Source of the DNA: Piromyces finnis finn
Lineage: Eukaryota; Fungi; Neocallimastigomycota
Assembly: GCA_002104945.1 (NCBI GenBank)
Contig: MCFH01000013.1
Span: forward strand, 248,001 to 312,000
Length of the DNA stretch: 64,000 bases
Direction: 5' to 3'
Under the pieces are notes generated by a model. The model was not told the DNA's origin and searched no databases. It saw only the letters and a program-made list of their open reading frames with translations. Numbering within the stretch: position 1 is the stretch's first letter; each line of letters begins with the position of its first letter. A program made the translations under genes and the position numbers. Of the stretch, positions 14,955 to 29,100 are shown in pieces.

Positions 14955-17900
14955 ATGGCATCAAATGGAAATGGAAAATGTTGTATATGTTCAAAAACGG
15001 TGTAAGTAAATAGATTTGTAGATATGCGAAACATAATACAAACAAAATATGAGAATCTCAAAAAACATATATATTGATAATATACAACATATAAATAAAT
15101 ATATTGATAGATATGCTACCGAATTAATGGTGGTAGATGAAAGAGAATATCATAAAGGAGTAATTATAATTAATATAAGAAATTCATAAATGCAGTATAT
15201 ATAATTAAACATTTAACATTATTAAATATTAATATCAATAATAATAATAAAAGTGTTTTCGATGTTGTGTTTGTAAAAGGCCTATAACAATCACTTCATA
15301 TACTGTAAAATATAAAATATTAATTATATATATATTTTAAAAAAAAATTATAAAATAATATTAAATGATAAAATATATTTTTAATTTTTTTTTATTAGTC
15401 ATATAATGGTGATATATATTGTAAAGCGCATAAACCATCAATAGGTATTATTTTTTTATTATAATAATATTTTATAAAATCATACGTTATTTGAAAATAA
15501 AATATTATAATAAAGAGTAATATAATGAAAAAGAATTTTATGGGATGATTTTTAAGATGGGAAAAAAAAATTCTTTATAGAGAAAAAGTAGAAAAAAAAA
15601 AGTAAAAAAAAAAAAAAGATAGAATAGAATTAGGATAAAATGTGAAAGTAGTAAATAAATTTTAAAAAATTAACTAATGGTAAATTTTAACAAGATTCTA
15701 AAAATCCAGAACAATTAAGATTATATGGTAATCATGATAGTTCACCCTCTTTAAAACATACAAGAAACCAGACTGCTCCGCCATTGGTATTTAATAAATC
15801 ACCTTCAAAACTTCATAATGAAGGAGAAACAAAATGTAAGAATTTAATTTTATATATAACTATACTAAAAACTAAAATTATTTTCTTTATTAATGATGAA
15901 TATTTAAAATATAAATACATTTAATATGAAAAAATATTTTTATGTAAATAAAAAATATATACATATTATGAAAACACACACACACAATAAATCATTTTAA
16001 AAAAAATTTTTTTTTCTTTAAAAAAGTACCAGTATCAGAAAATGTAAATTCATTAAAAAATATATTTGAAAAAAATGATTTTACAGTATCAGCACCAACA
16101 ACTCCTCAGTCACCATCTTTCTCAACATCACCATCAACTTGTGAAAGAATAGAATCATTAAAAAAAGAAATTAATCAATATAATAATAGTGCTTCTGAAA
16201 TAAAATATAGATCACTTAGGATAAAACAGAGAAGTTCATTGAATTCAGAAAATTTAAATCAAGAAGAAAAAATAGAAAAAATTAATAAGATGTTGGATGA
16301 AATTGATGAAAATTGGAATGAATTTGAAAAATCCAATACAGAATATATTAAAAGTAATCAAATATCAAGAAATCCAAGTAGTAATAGTTTAAAAGAAAAT
16401 CCTTGTGAAAAAGAAGATAATAAAAATAATAATAATGAAAATTGTATAAAAGAGGAAAATCAAGATGAGGAAAAACGGAAAAAAGAAAATGAAGAATGTG
16501 AAGATAAAGGAAATATATGTGAAGAACAAGCAAATGAAAACTTTAATAGATGTTTAAAAGAAATGGATGATGTAATACGTAATATTGATTCTTATATTTC
16601 GAATTATTATGAAAAGAAAAATGAATCTAGTAGTACAGAAAATTCAATTGAATCCTTTTTGGAAGAATACTCGATAGATTCATCTATTAAACCATCAACA
16701 ATAAAAGAAGTAATATATATCTTTTATAATATATAATTTATTTAATTAAAATAAAAAACTATTTTTTTATGAAATATTACTTTAATGCCTGTTAAAAAAA
16801 ATATTATATATATATACATAAATATAATTAATTAAATAATAAATTAAAAATATATAAAATATTTTATATTTTTTTAAAGAATAATACAAATACAAATATT
16901 ATGGGTGGTATAAATAATATTTTTAAAAAGAATTCAGAAAAAAGTAACAATAGTCCTTACAACAATAACAGTAACAATAACAGTAATAAATCGAATATAT
17001 TATGGATTAGATCATCGGTAATTTTTATTAAGTGTTTATATAATAAAAAAAGGAAAAAACAAATTTCTTAATTATGAAGAATAAATTACATTTTATTATT
17101 ATTGTTGTTAATTTAAAAATTGTATTATTATAAATTATTATTAACGATATACATAGAGTGGATATAAATATGAAAAAGTGAGTTCAAAGAAGCAAAATGA
17201 TAATTATGTAAAATATTTAACATCATCTACATTACAGGATTACCTCAATCTTGCGTTTGAAACAAAAATAGAAGATAATAGAAATTTAGAAGAAATATGT
17301 GGAAGTATAGAACAATATACTAGTGAGCTTAAGCATGGATGTGAACAACCATTAACATCAAATAATAGTAGACCATTAATTGAAGTAGTGGCATCACCTA
17401 TAAAATTTTTAATTGCAACTTTAAATTCATTCTATATGAAAATAAGAGGAATTATTCATACTTCAAAATTAAAGAAATTTATTAATTTAATGGGTTCTAT
17501 TGAAGATATATTAATAAAAGAAGGTCTTCAACATTCAGTTGAAATTCAAACACAAGTAGAATTAAGTGAATTATTAATAAATGCGGTAATGTTTCCTTTT
17601 TTTTTTTTTATTTTTCAAAAAAAAAAATTTAATATTATTTATTAATAATTAATTCTCCCCTTTTTTATATTATCATTAAAGTGTGAAACATTAAATAATT
17701 ATTCACAAGTTGTATTAATCAAGTATAATTTATTAAGACAAAAGGTAATATTTATTTTTTAATTATAATGGAAAGAGAATGTATAGTAAAAACTAAAGAA
17801 ATTATCTTTTTTTTTTATTTTAATTGTAATAGATGAATGTTTATGTAAGAGATACATTCAGAGAAGAAATTATATCGAATGATGATGATGTATCATATTC

Positions 17901-20301
17901 TTATACAGATTGTTTCCTAGATAGAGTTAATACAGATGCAAAGGTTTATAGAAATTCATTTGTTGATCAAGGTAATTATAATAATTCATATTATTTTTTT
18001 TAATAATTAAAACAACATAATATATATATAGAATAAAAATGACTTTTCATATTTACTCATTAATATGAAACTATATATAGAACACAGAAATTATGTTGGT
18101 AATCAACAATGTGTTGGAGGACCATTTATTATATCGATAAAAAAACTAAAAAAGAGTCAATCCATTGATCCAAAAACAGAAGATGCAGCATATCAAGCTA
18201 TAGTTAGAATTAAAGATGTAAGGAATAAAATTAAGGCATAATTATATTTTATAAAATAAATATTATTAATAAAAACAATTTATTATTTTTTTTTTTTTAA
18301 AAAAAAAAGGTCCCAGAAATAATTGTATTAATACCATCAGTAACAGTTCGAGTTCAAGCAAAATTAAGATCATCAACATCATGGAAATCTGTAATACAAG
18401 CAATTCACCCTGAAATAAATATTAATAATGTTTGTAAAATAAAAGAAAAAGATAAAGGTTTCCAAAAAAAATTAATGGATTTAGATGAATTCCAAGTAAT
18501 TAATTTGAGAAAAAAGAATTTTTTTTATTTAATATTAAATATATATATTATATTATGAAAATAAATTAATAATATTTATATTTTTTTTAGTGTGTATCAA
18601 AATATAAGTTTGGGATATTATATGCTAAAGAAGGTCAAACATCAGAAGAAGAAATGTTCAATAATGGTAATAATTATTTTAAGTTTTATAAATCATAATA
18701 AAACGAATATCAATTATTTATCTATTGACCTATTTATTATTTATAACTTTAAGAAAATGGAAGTCCAGCATTTGATGAATTTCTATCGATTCTTGGTGAG
18801 ACGGTACCTTTAAAAAATTATACTGGATTTTCTGCTGGTTTAGATGTTCAATATGGTAATACTGGTGATACAACTGTAGTAACGAAGGTAACTTATAAAA
18901 ATGTTTTTTTTTTTTTTTTTAAATTAATAAAATTATATATTAACAATTTTTTACATATTAAAAATTATCAATTATAGTGGAGAGATTATGAAGTTACATA
19001 TCATGTATCTACAATGTTACCTTATGTTAAAGATGATATACAACAGATTCAAAGAAAAAGACATATAGGAAATGGTAATAATAATAATAATAATAATAGA
19101 AAAAAGATTGATATTTAATATATAATTTTATATAAATTTTAAAATAACTCTATACTCTATGTATACAATATATTAAATAAAATAAAAATATTATCCATTT
19201 TTATTTTAAATCTATATTTTCTGTCCTTTATAAATATATTCTTCAAAAAAAAATTTATAGATATTGTATGCTTCATATTTTTGGATGGAAAATCAAAATT
19301 TGATCCTAGTACCATAGTATCACAATTTTTACATGTATTTATAGTTGTTCAACCTTTACAACCAGAGGAAAGTTTAGGTATAGGCTATAGAGTAACAATA
19401 GTATCAAAAACTGATGTACCAATATTTGGACCACCATTACCACCATCCGGTATTTTCCATAATATTTCATCTTTAAGAGACTTTTTATTAGCTAAAAGTA
19501 TTAATGGTGAAAATGCTGCCTATTTAGCTCCAAAATTCTATAAACCACAGTTAAGAACTCGTGGTGCTTTAATTGAAGATTTAGTTAAAGATTATTATGA
19601 AGTTACATCCAATATTAACTCCTCATTATCTTTAAATAATATGGCAAGCCTTGGAACAACCTCAACTATATCTCAATCACCGACAAATGGTACAATACGA
19701 TCTCTTGATGAAAATTGTTTTAAAGAAAAGAAAAATAATGCAGCGACACCCTCAATAACAATATTAGAAGAAGAAGATAAATATAATGATGATGAAATTT
19801 TACCAATTAAGAAAACACGTAGCATAAATAACCTAAATGATAACGCTATGGAAATGAGTGAATCAAGACTAAGTCGGTATGATTCATTTGATTCCTTAAC
19901 TGTCAAAAATCAAAACTCAAAAAATAATTGTAAATAATTTTTTAACAATTTTTTTTTTTTATATTAATATTTATATAATATTATAAATGAAAACAATATT
20001 AATAATATATTAATATATTATTAATATCTTTATATATATTATCCTTTCCTTTTGAAAAAAAAAAAAAAAAATAGTAATGCATAGATCACAAAATTCTATT
20101 GCATCAGATAATGGTAAGAAAAATATATTATAAATATTAAATATAATTTGTTATTAAAAAAATTTTTTTTTTCTATTTTTTATTTTATATATATATATAT
20201 ATAAAGGTGACAAAAAGAAATCGATAAGTTCTTTATTTTCATCAATTAGTAACTTAGGAAAAAGTAAACCTCATGGAGCTTCAACAGCTCAAACTAAATA
20301 A
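14955..20301 (+). CDS. LIM-domain + Rap/Ran-GAP domain protein, multi-exon
   Basis: Four short 5' exons splice to [62 protein letters not shown], a LIM zinc pattern. Later exons give [68 protein letters not shown] and [11 protein letters not shown], which are Rap1GAP-family motifs including the Asn thumb. Stop at 20299-20301. Confidence 0.85.
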
Positions 20302-20343
20302 AATATTATTATCAATTATAAATAATAATTTTTAAGTAAATAA

Positions 20344-20380
<37 letters not shown>

Positions 20381-20896
20381 TAAAAAAAAGAAATGAAAAA
20401 AAAAAAAAAAAAATTAAAAAAAAATTATATTTTATATTATTATTATTTATATTATATAAATAAATATCTTTATAACCTTTTTTTTTTACATGTTATAGAA
20501 ACAAACATTTATAAAAGTATTTTTAAAAATAATAAAAGTATATCAAAAATTATTCAAAATAATAATCATTCAATTTTCAATTATATTTATTAATGTTGTA
20601 AAAATTTTTAAAAAACTTTATATTAAATAGAATATTAAAATGAATAATTATAATCTAAATATTAAAAATATTTAAATACCAAAATCTTGAAATTTTATGA
20701 AGAAATAGATATCTATATATTATTATATTTTTATTTTATTAATAGAAAGATGTCTAGTGAAAAATAAGAGTGTATTTTAATTTTTTAAAATTACATAAGC
20801 AAAAATATTAACTATATATATAATTTTCCCCTTTTGTTATTTACTTTTAATAACATTTGAGATGCTTTAAATTTTCATGTATTATTCATAAAATAT

Positions 20897-23327
20897 TTAT
20901 GCTTGATATTCATATTTTGGATAATTGTATCCGTCACCCAAACTAAATTAATATTTATGAAAAAAGTAAATATATTTAAAATTAAATATTAATACTATTA
21001 AAAAAAATAATAAATCAATAATTTGATAATATATTTTATTTACCTTGAAGGTACAGGGATTAACCAAAGTTTTGGATTCTTTCCAAAAACTTGATAAAAG
21101 TTTTCTAATTTTCCAAGGTCATATGGATTATGTAAAACACTTTTTGGTATATTTTTAGTACTTGCTGATACAAATCTTGGTGAACGATTGCTTGGATAAT
21201 TAAATTCTTTAATTTTTTTATCTAATAGGGATTTTTTCATAGAAAGTTCCTTTTTTATTTCTTCAATATTTGGTGAATCTAAGGATGAATTAACCTCTTG
21301 TTCTAATTCCTTAACTTCAGTTTCTAATTTTTCTATTTCTTTCTTTCTATGTTCTCTTATAATCTTGAAACGATAGTTACGAATTTCATCTTGTTTACCA
21401 AATAATTCTAATGTAGTTCGATTTCCAAGTAAATTTTGGAAAACATGTGATAAAAATAAAATTAAAATAGAACATCCCAATACAAAAGAGAAGAAAAGAT
21501 GAATAATCCATAATTTTTTATTTCCTGGTATAATTACTAAATTTTCTATAAACTTTTATATGTAATTTTTATATAATATATAGTAGAAGTTAGGATATTA
21601 TCATATAATTAATAATAAACAAAATTAGTTATTTTTATAAATATATAAAAAATAGAAAAAATCTTTTGATATTAATAATTATTCTTATAAATATATAGAA
21701 AATAGAAAAAAACTTGATATTAATGATCTTACATCAATGCTAAAATCTACAGTAGAAATAAATGTTATTAATATTGTAATAAATTGGAATGGAATGTATA
21801 TTGAACCATATAATAAGAATAACATGAAATATTTATAATTATAAAACCCAACACAATTACTTATCCTTTAAAATTATATATTATTGATTATAGATAAATA
21901 ATATTACAAACAATGTTTTATGTAGAGTTTATTTTTATATTATTATAATACTTTAATACTTACCATGGACAATGACTATTTTTTTTTTTTTTTTTTTTTT
22001 GAAAATCATATTTAAATAGATAATATTTTATGTATATTATAGAGTTAGCTATATATTTAATTTGATAAAGTATATTTTATATTTATATATTAAAGAATTC
22101 TTACTGATCCATCTTTAATACACATCTATATAAATAGAATGGAAAAATGAGGTTAATGAAAAAAGTTATATTTTTATAGCAAACTTATTTAGTGTATATA
22201 TTGTATATATTACCTTTTACAAACAGAACAATGATGAGTTCTTTCTGGTTTAAATCCTAAACATTTTTTACAAATTAAATTATTGATTTCTTCATTATCT
22301 TCTTTAGGTGATCTTTTTTCATTATTATTTTCATCATGTAATTCTTCACTAGAATTATTGTTATTTAATTTTTTAATGTTTCTTTCTAATATCATATCAT
22401 TATCAATATCAATACTAATTTGATCTTTTTTCCCACTACGGTTAAATATAGCATTTCCTGATGTTTGAGATTCTCTAAACATTAGTGAATTCATATTAAT
22501 AATAGTTTCTTTTTGTGGTAATAGTGGGTTATTTTCTGAAGATTTTGAAAATCTTTCATCTGAGGATGAGGATATAATATCATTTAATGGTATATCATTT
22601 TTATACTCGTTATTTTGATTATTATTAGTTAATGAAGATAAAGATATATTTTTATTTTGCATTTTTTCATTTTGTAATAATGCACCTGTTGATTGATGTG
22701 AAGCGTCTGAAGAAGCAGATTCAGTCATCTTTTTATATTCTGGAAGTTCTTCAAGTGTTGTATAAAATGATGCTAATTCATCTCCTGATAATACATTTAC
22801 TACATCCTATATTTTATAAATCATTACAGAAATCAGAAATAATAAAATTTATATATATTATTATTGGAAAAACAAATATATATATATACGCTTATTTATT
22901 TGTTTCGTTTTATTTTGTTTTTTAATAAACACTTATAATTTACCTTTGTTGGAGAGCCAGGATCTGAAAATGTTACCATTATATAACTATAAGTGAAAAA
23001 TACTAATATTACATTATATATTACAACATATATTATTCCTTGAACTATATAACCATCAGAAAATAAACCCCCTGTTTATTATTATTATCATATATAAGAA
23101 TTTTTAAGAAAATTAATTAATGTTTATTCAATTTTTTTATAGTAATAGATTTAAACTTTGAGCTATTCAATATATATAATAATTTTAATTCTAATGTAAA
23201 TTTTAATTATTAAAAATGTACAACACTTACGACAATAATTAAAATTATAATCAATAAAAGAAGCTATTATCAATCCAAAAACAAGAAGGACAGGAAAGTA
23301 CTGACCTATATTCCTTCTCATATACAT
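20897..23327 (-). CDS. DHHC palmitoyl-acyltransferase (Pfa3/ZDHHC2-15-20-like), multi-exon
   Basis: Spliced [48 protein letters not shown], with hydrophobic TM segments, NRTTLE (TTxE motif) and NPYDLG..NFYQVFG..WLIP (PaCCT-like). The last exon reads SLGDGYNYPKYEYQA*. Confidence 0.92.
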
Positions 23328-24433
23328 TTTAGTGTTAAACTTTTTTTTATCACCAAAATTATAAATATTTATGCTGATATTTTTAAGTATTTAAGTAACT
23401 GAAAAATTAATAATTAAAAGAATTTTATAAATTTTAAAATATTTTAAATATGAAAATGAGATTATTTATATGAGTTTTTAATAGATAGCTTTGTATTTTC
23501 TTTCTTTCTTTTTTTTTTTTTAATTGAAATAATTAATATAATTTTCAAGTTTAGTTGTTAAATTATATCGTTTAATAAAAATAATCTTTTTATATTAAAC
23601 TTTATAATTTTTTTTTATAATGCTTTAAATATTCAAATTGATTTAAATTATTTTCATTTACAAATTGAATAGCAAAAATAAAGAAATCTTGAGAAGATTT
23701 TTATTGTATTAATAATTTGTAACCGTAAATAAATAAAAATCAAATATATATATTTGCTTGTTTTGGTATAGTTTTATATATTTTATTATTGTGCTTTCAA
23801 ATATGAAAATAGTTTTATATATTTAAATAATTTTTTTTTTTTACTTTTTTATTTTATTAATTTAACATTCTCTTAATTTTCAATTTGATGTGCTTTTTTT
23901 TGTTTGTCTTTTTAAGAAAAAAAAAAAAATCTTTTTTATATAATTTTTAACTTTATAAATTAATATTTAAAATTAATATATAATAATATATTATTGATTA
24001 TAAATTAATATATATAACTTAATTATTTAAAATAAAAAGGAATTTTTCAAAAACAAATGAAATAATATTTTGAAAAAGTGCTTTTAGTATTTCCTGAAAA
24101 TTTCAACTTTGTATGAAATAAAAATCCTAGAATCTACTACGGAAGAATATGGTAAATATGATCATTGATTCTTAGAGAACATTATTATAAATGCCCCAAT
24201 AATTTATGCGTTATTCTGATTGAAATAATGAGTATAAAATAAAATATTTATATTTTTATTGATATATCAATTATAATTAGCTTAAATATACAACGTTTAA
24301 TATTTCTTAATAATCTATAAAATAAATTAAATTGAAAGATGATTAATTCCATTTTAATGATATTAAATTTTAAACCTATTTTATATATTTTACATTATCT
24401 ATACTACATAATTCAAAAATATTTTATTAGAAT

Positions 24434-24764
24434 TGTTCTTGTTCTTGTTCTTGTTCTTGTTCTTGTTCTTGTTCTTGTTCTTGTTCTTGTTCTTGTTCTT
24501 GTTCTTGTTCTTGTTCTTGTTCTTGTTCTTGTTCTTGTTCTTGTTCTTGTTCTTGTTCTTGTTCTTGTTCTTGTTCTTGTTCTTGTTCTTGTTCTTGTTC
24601 TTGTTCTTGTTCTTGTTCTTGTTCTTGTTCTTGTTCTTGTTCTTGTTCTTGTTCTTGTTCTTGTTCTTGTTCTTGTTCTTGTTCTTGTTCTTGTTCTTGT
24701 TCTTGTTCTTGTTCTTGTTCTTGTTCTTGTTCTTGTTCTTGTTCTTGTTCTTGTTCTTGTTCTT
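24434..24764 (+). repeat. (TTGTTC)n hexanucleotide microsatellite
   Basis: Perfect array of about 55 units; it explains the spurious LV/FL ORFs 24339..24788 and 24433..24780. Confidence 0.97.
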
Positions 24765-26109
24765 ATCCTTTTTTCATTGAACTTTTAAAATTCTAATTTA
24801 AAGTTATTAATTTTTATGATAAAATGTTGTGTAACATTATATTTATATAAATTATATTAAATAAATTTGTGTAACATTTGAATTTGCATGGTTTTTAATA
24901 ACTTTTTTTTAAAAAAAAAGCGAAAAAAATTGATATTGAAAAAGTGATAATATTCTTTGTATTTTTTATAATATTTCAAAAAAAGTATTATGTATATGTG
25001 TGTGTGTGTGTTTACATATTATACTTTATAATGAGTAGTAATGAATATTTCAATAGTAAAATAAAAATACTCAATAAAAATTAAAAAAAAAAAGTATTGA
25101 TATTCATATTAGTTTAATTTAATAATAAACAATTGTTTTAAATTTCATTGTGTTGTGTATATATTAAAATTTGTCCTATTTTTTTTTAATAATAAGATAT
25201 TAAATATATTTCAGTTAAATATCATAGAAAATATTTAATAGGAAAAGAAAAAATAATAATATTTATTATTATAAAACTTTTTTTTTTTTACTCTTTCATA
25301 AAAATTTTATTATATTAATGATTAATTATTATTTAGTTTTACTACCCTAATTTTTTATTATTTCTTTGAATTTTGTTTTCCTTGATCTTTCTTGATCTCT
25401 GCCTAATTTTTACCTATTTTTTTTTAATATATAAAAAATAAATATTTAATTAATTTATATTTAAAAAATAAATTAATATATTTTTATTATATATTATTAT
25501 GTAATTAATGAAAATTAATATATTTAAAATAATACCAAAAGATTGCATGATAATGTTAAGCTTTTATTTTAAAAATTATATATAAATTTATATATATTTA
25601 AAAGGAAAAGAAACAGTCCATTTAAAAGTTTTAAGATTTCAAAAAAAAAAAAAAAAAAAAGGATAATAATAAAAGAAATAAAAATATATAAATAAATACA
25701 TTTTATTTCAATACTATCATATTATAACCTTAATCTTTTTAAAATTGGATATAGAAAATTTTGACATTTTAATTTGAAATATATATCAAAAATAAAAATA
25801 TATATATATCAAAAAAATAAATTAATATTTTTAAAAATAATTTATATTGTAGTTTCTTTAATTCTTATAAAATAGCCTCATTAATATATATCATATTTAC
25901 TCTTTATACAAAAAAATATTTATTTCATAATAATAATAGAAGTAATAGAAAATAATATATATATATCATTAATCATAATAAAATAGAGAAATTTCATTGA
26001 ATATTTAAAATATATAAAATTATATAAAATAAAAATATATATAAAAAGAATTGTTTATACACAAAATATTAAATTTATAATTAATTATTAGAAGTAATAG
26101 TTTAAATAA

Positions 26110-29100
26110 ATGAATACAATAACAAAAAAAAGAATATTATCACCAATTGTAGAAGTCATCTCTGAATTAATTATATTGAATGAAGAAGTTACAGAAAATG
26201 ATTCAGATTTTCCTGATATAACTAATTTTGCCAATGCGGTATCAAAGCAAATTAAACAAGTTGTAAATGTTTGTTATACATACATGAATAGTCTTAAGGA
26301 AGATGAAGAATTACAAAAAAGTATGCCAATAGGATGCGAAGAAGGTATGGTTTAATTACAATAAATTAAAACAAATTAAATATACTGCTTCTGTTATTAT
26401 TATTATTATTATTATTATAATTAAAAACTTGAATGCAAAAAGATATTATTATACCCTATTGGAATCATATTTATTTTTTCTATTTTATTTTCATACTCAG
26501 GATTAGAAATATATATAAAATCATAATGAATAGAAATTCAAATTTAATTAATATGTAATTATTATAAAATATATAAAAATTTTTATGTATAATATATATT
26601 AGTATTGGGAGCATCTGAATTATTAATTCACTCAGCCGAACTATTAAAGGAAAATTCAAAAAGTAAGGAAGGACGAGATAACTTGGTTGAATCTATTCAA
26701 AATATACTTTCAGGAATAACAAAAGTATTAGATATTTATGATGAAGCTGAAATTCGTAAAATAAAAACAATTTGTAAGCATATTCATGAACTTATTGATG
26801 ATTCAAATCAAGAAAAGTCAGTTCAGGAATCTATTGGTACATTACGTCAATTATCACAGTGTTCAATGGCATTGGCAACACAAATAAAAAATAGAATACC
26901 AGAATTATTATCTGAACAATCACAATTACATTTACGCATATCCATTGAAACAATATCAAAAATTACACCATTACTTTTAAATTCATATAAAGCTATGCTT
27001 AAAGATTCCAAATCAGGAAATGTATTATCTTCAAAAGATCTTATATGTAACATTTTGCAAAATACCTGTAATGATGTTGACAATATAGTAAGTGATACCT
27101 CAACAAAAACCATAGAAACTTCAAAGGTAAATTTTATAATTTTAAAAAAAATTATAAAATATTTATTGATATTTATTTATTTTTTCATTTATAAAACAAA
27201 AACTTCTTTAACACTATTATACTACTTTTTTATATATTTTAAATGAAATAATAATCCTTATTGAAATTAAAATTATAATTCAATATTCAATATAATAATA
27301 TTTAAAAGGGTGGAGCAATAACTCAAAAATTAGAGGAAGTTCAAAATCAACAATTCATATTTCAACAATTTTATTCTAAAAAACAATACAAAGAAGCTTT
27401 TGATATATTGAAAAAGTATCTATCCAGTTATAATATTGTATTGGATTATATATATGGTATTTAATTATTTTTTATTTTTTTATTTTTATATATATATTTA
27501 GTTTATATAAAGTATCAGATTGAAATATTCGCTATAATTATTAAACCAAATTTTTTTAACTCTATTTTTTTTTTTATAAAATAATAAAATAGATCACCTT
27601 CCATCCATTTATGACTCTTATCAAAAACAAAATATCAATTCAACGATTGGATTATTAAAAAGAAAGGAAGTTGATTTCAAAGCACTTATGAATAATTGTG
27701 AAAAGAGTAATTATCCATATTCATTAAGAAATCAATTAAGTGCTGAATTAGAATATAGAACCGAATATTTATTGTATATTAAGGAACAATTTAATAAATC
27801 GGTCATATCATCTATTGTAACTATCTCAGAAGAAATTGCGAATCATAAGGATGAAAATTCTATTCTTGGTGTATACGTTCAACATACTAAAACTGGGGAC
27901 TTGGGTAATATAAATTTACAACAATATCACGAACAGCAAGTTAGCTATTTCATTGATAGTCAAAATAAAATGAATCAACTGAAAAAATATCAAGAAATTG
28001 AAAAAGAATTAAATAATAGCAATGATGAAATAAAGCAATCAATGTTAGATAAAGTTGAAGGTGTCAATGATTGCGTAATAAATGCATTGAACATTTATAA
28101 AAATGAATTTGTATTTATTTTAAAACGTGTAGTTAATTTACTTTCTACGGATAACTTACAAATACATAAGGATGTTATCCTTAGAAAGATCAATACCATT
28201 GACCAATTCTATCCATTAATAATAAAAATTGGTAATGCTGTAAATAATAATAAAGATGAAACCAATGTTAATTTATTTTATGATAATGTCATTAATACAT
28301 GGGAATATCTTGTCAATGATGTAAAATCTTATATTATTAATCAAGAAGGTGTCTTTTCAATGAAAGATCTTTTGGATAGTTCAAGTAAGTAATAATACTA
28401 ATCATTTCAAATATTTCTGAAAAATTGAGAATTAAATAAAATAAACATTTTAATCGATACTAAAGATAATGGCAATAATAATAATTAATAATAATAAAAA
28501 AAATTTTTTTTATTTAAAAAATGATTTCCTCCCATAACTAGGTCTTAATATTAATGGGCATATCAAAGCTCTTTGTCGAAAGGATGATCATAACATTGAT
28601 GATTTTTCAACGGAATATAAATCAATTTTAGCAACAGTAAATCAATTAGTTGATATTTCAAAAAATGAATGTAATAATACAGAGGATCTTTCCTATCGCG
28701 ACAAATTGAAAAAATCAATAAAAGAAATTAAAAATGGTAATTTTTTTTTTTATTTTTATTTTTATTTTATCTTTTATTATTTATTTATTTAATTAGAGTT
28801 ATAGGATTATATACTTATGTATTTTAATATATAGAAATGAAATATATTAGTAAAAATGTAAATAATCATGAAATAAAAGATTCCACCAGAGAAACCTTTG
28901 AAAAATTGAATGAAGCATTAAGTGCTGAAGATACTTCAATATTAATTTCTGATATGACCTTTGCTGATCTTAGTCAAGCACCACTTCAACAAAGAGAAGA
29001 GTTAGGAAGACTAAAATTCATTGATATTAAAAGTCATTTAACTCAATTAAAAGAAAAAGTCGAAACCTTAGACCAAATCATTCGTATTAATCATCGATAC

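Noticed and set aside
24339-24788. LV/FL dipeptide ORFs resembling membrane proteins
   Set aside because: They are translations of (TTGTTC)n.
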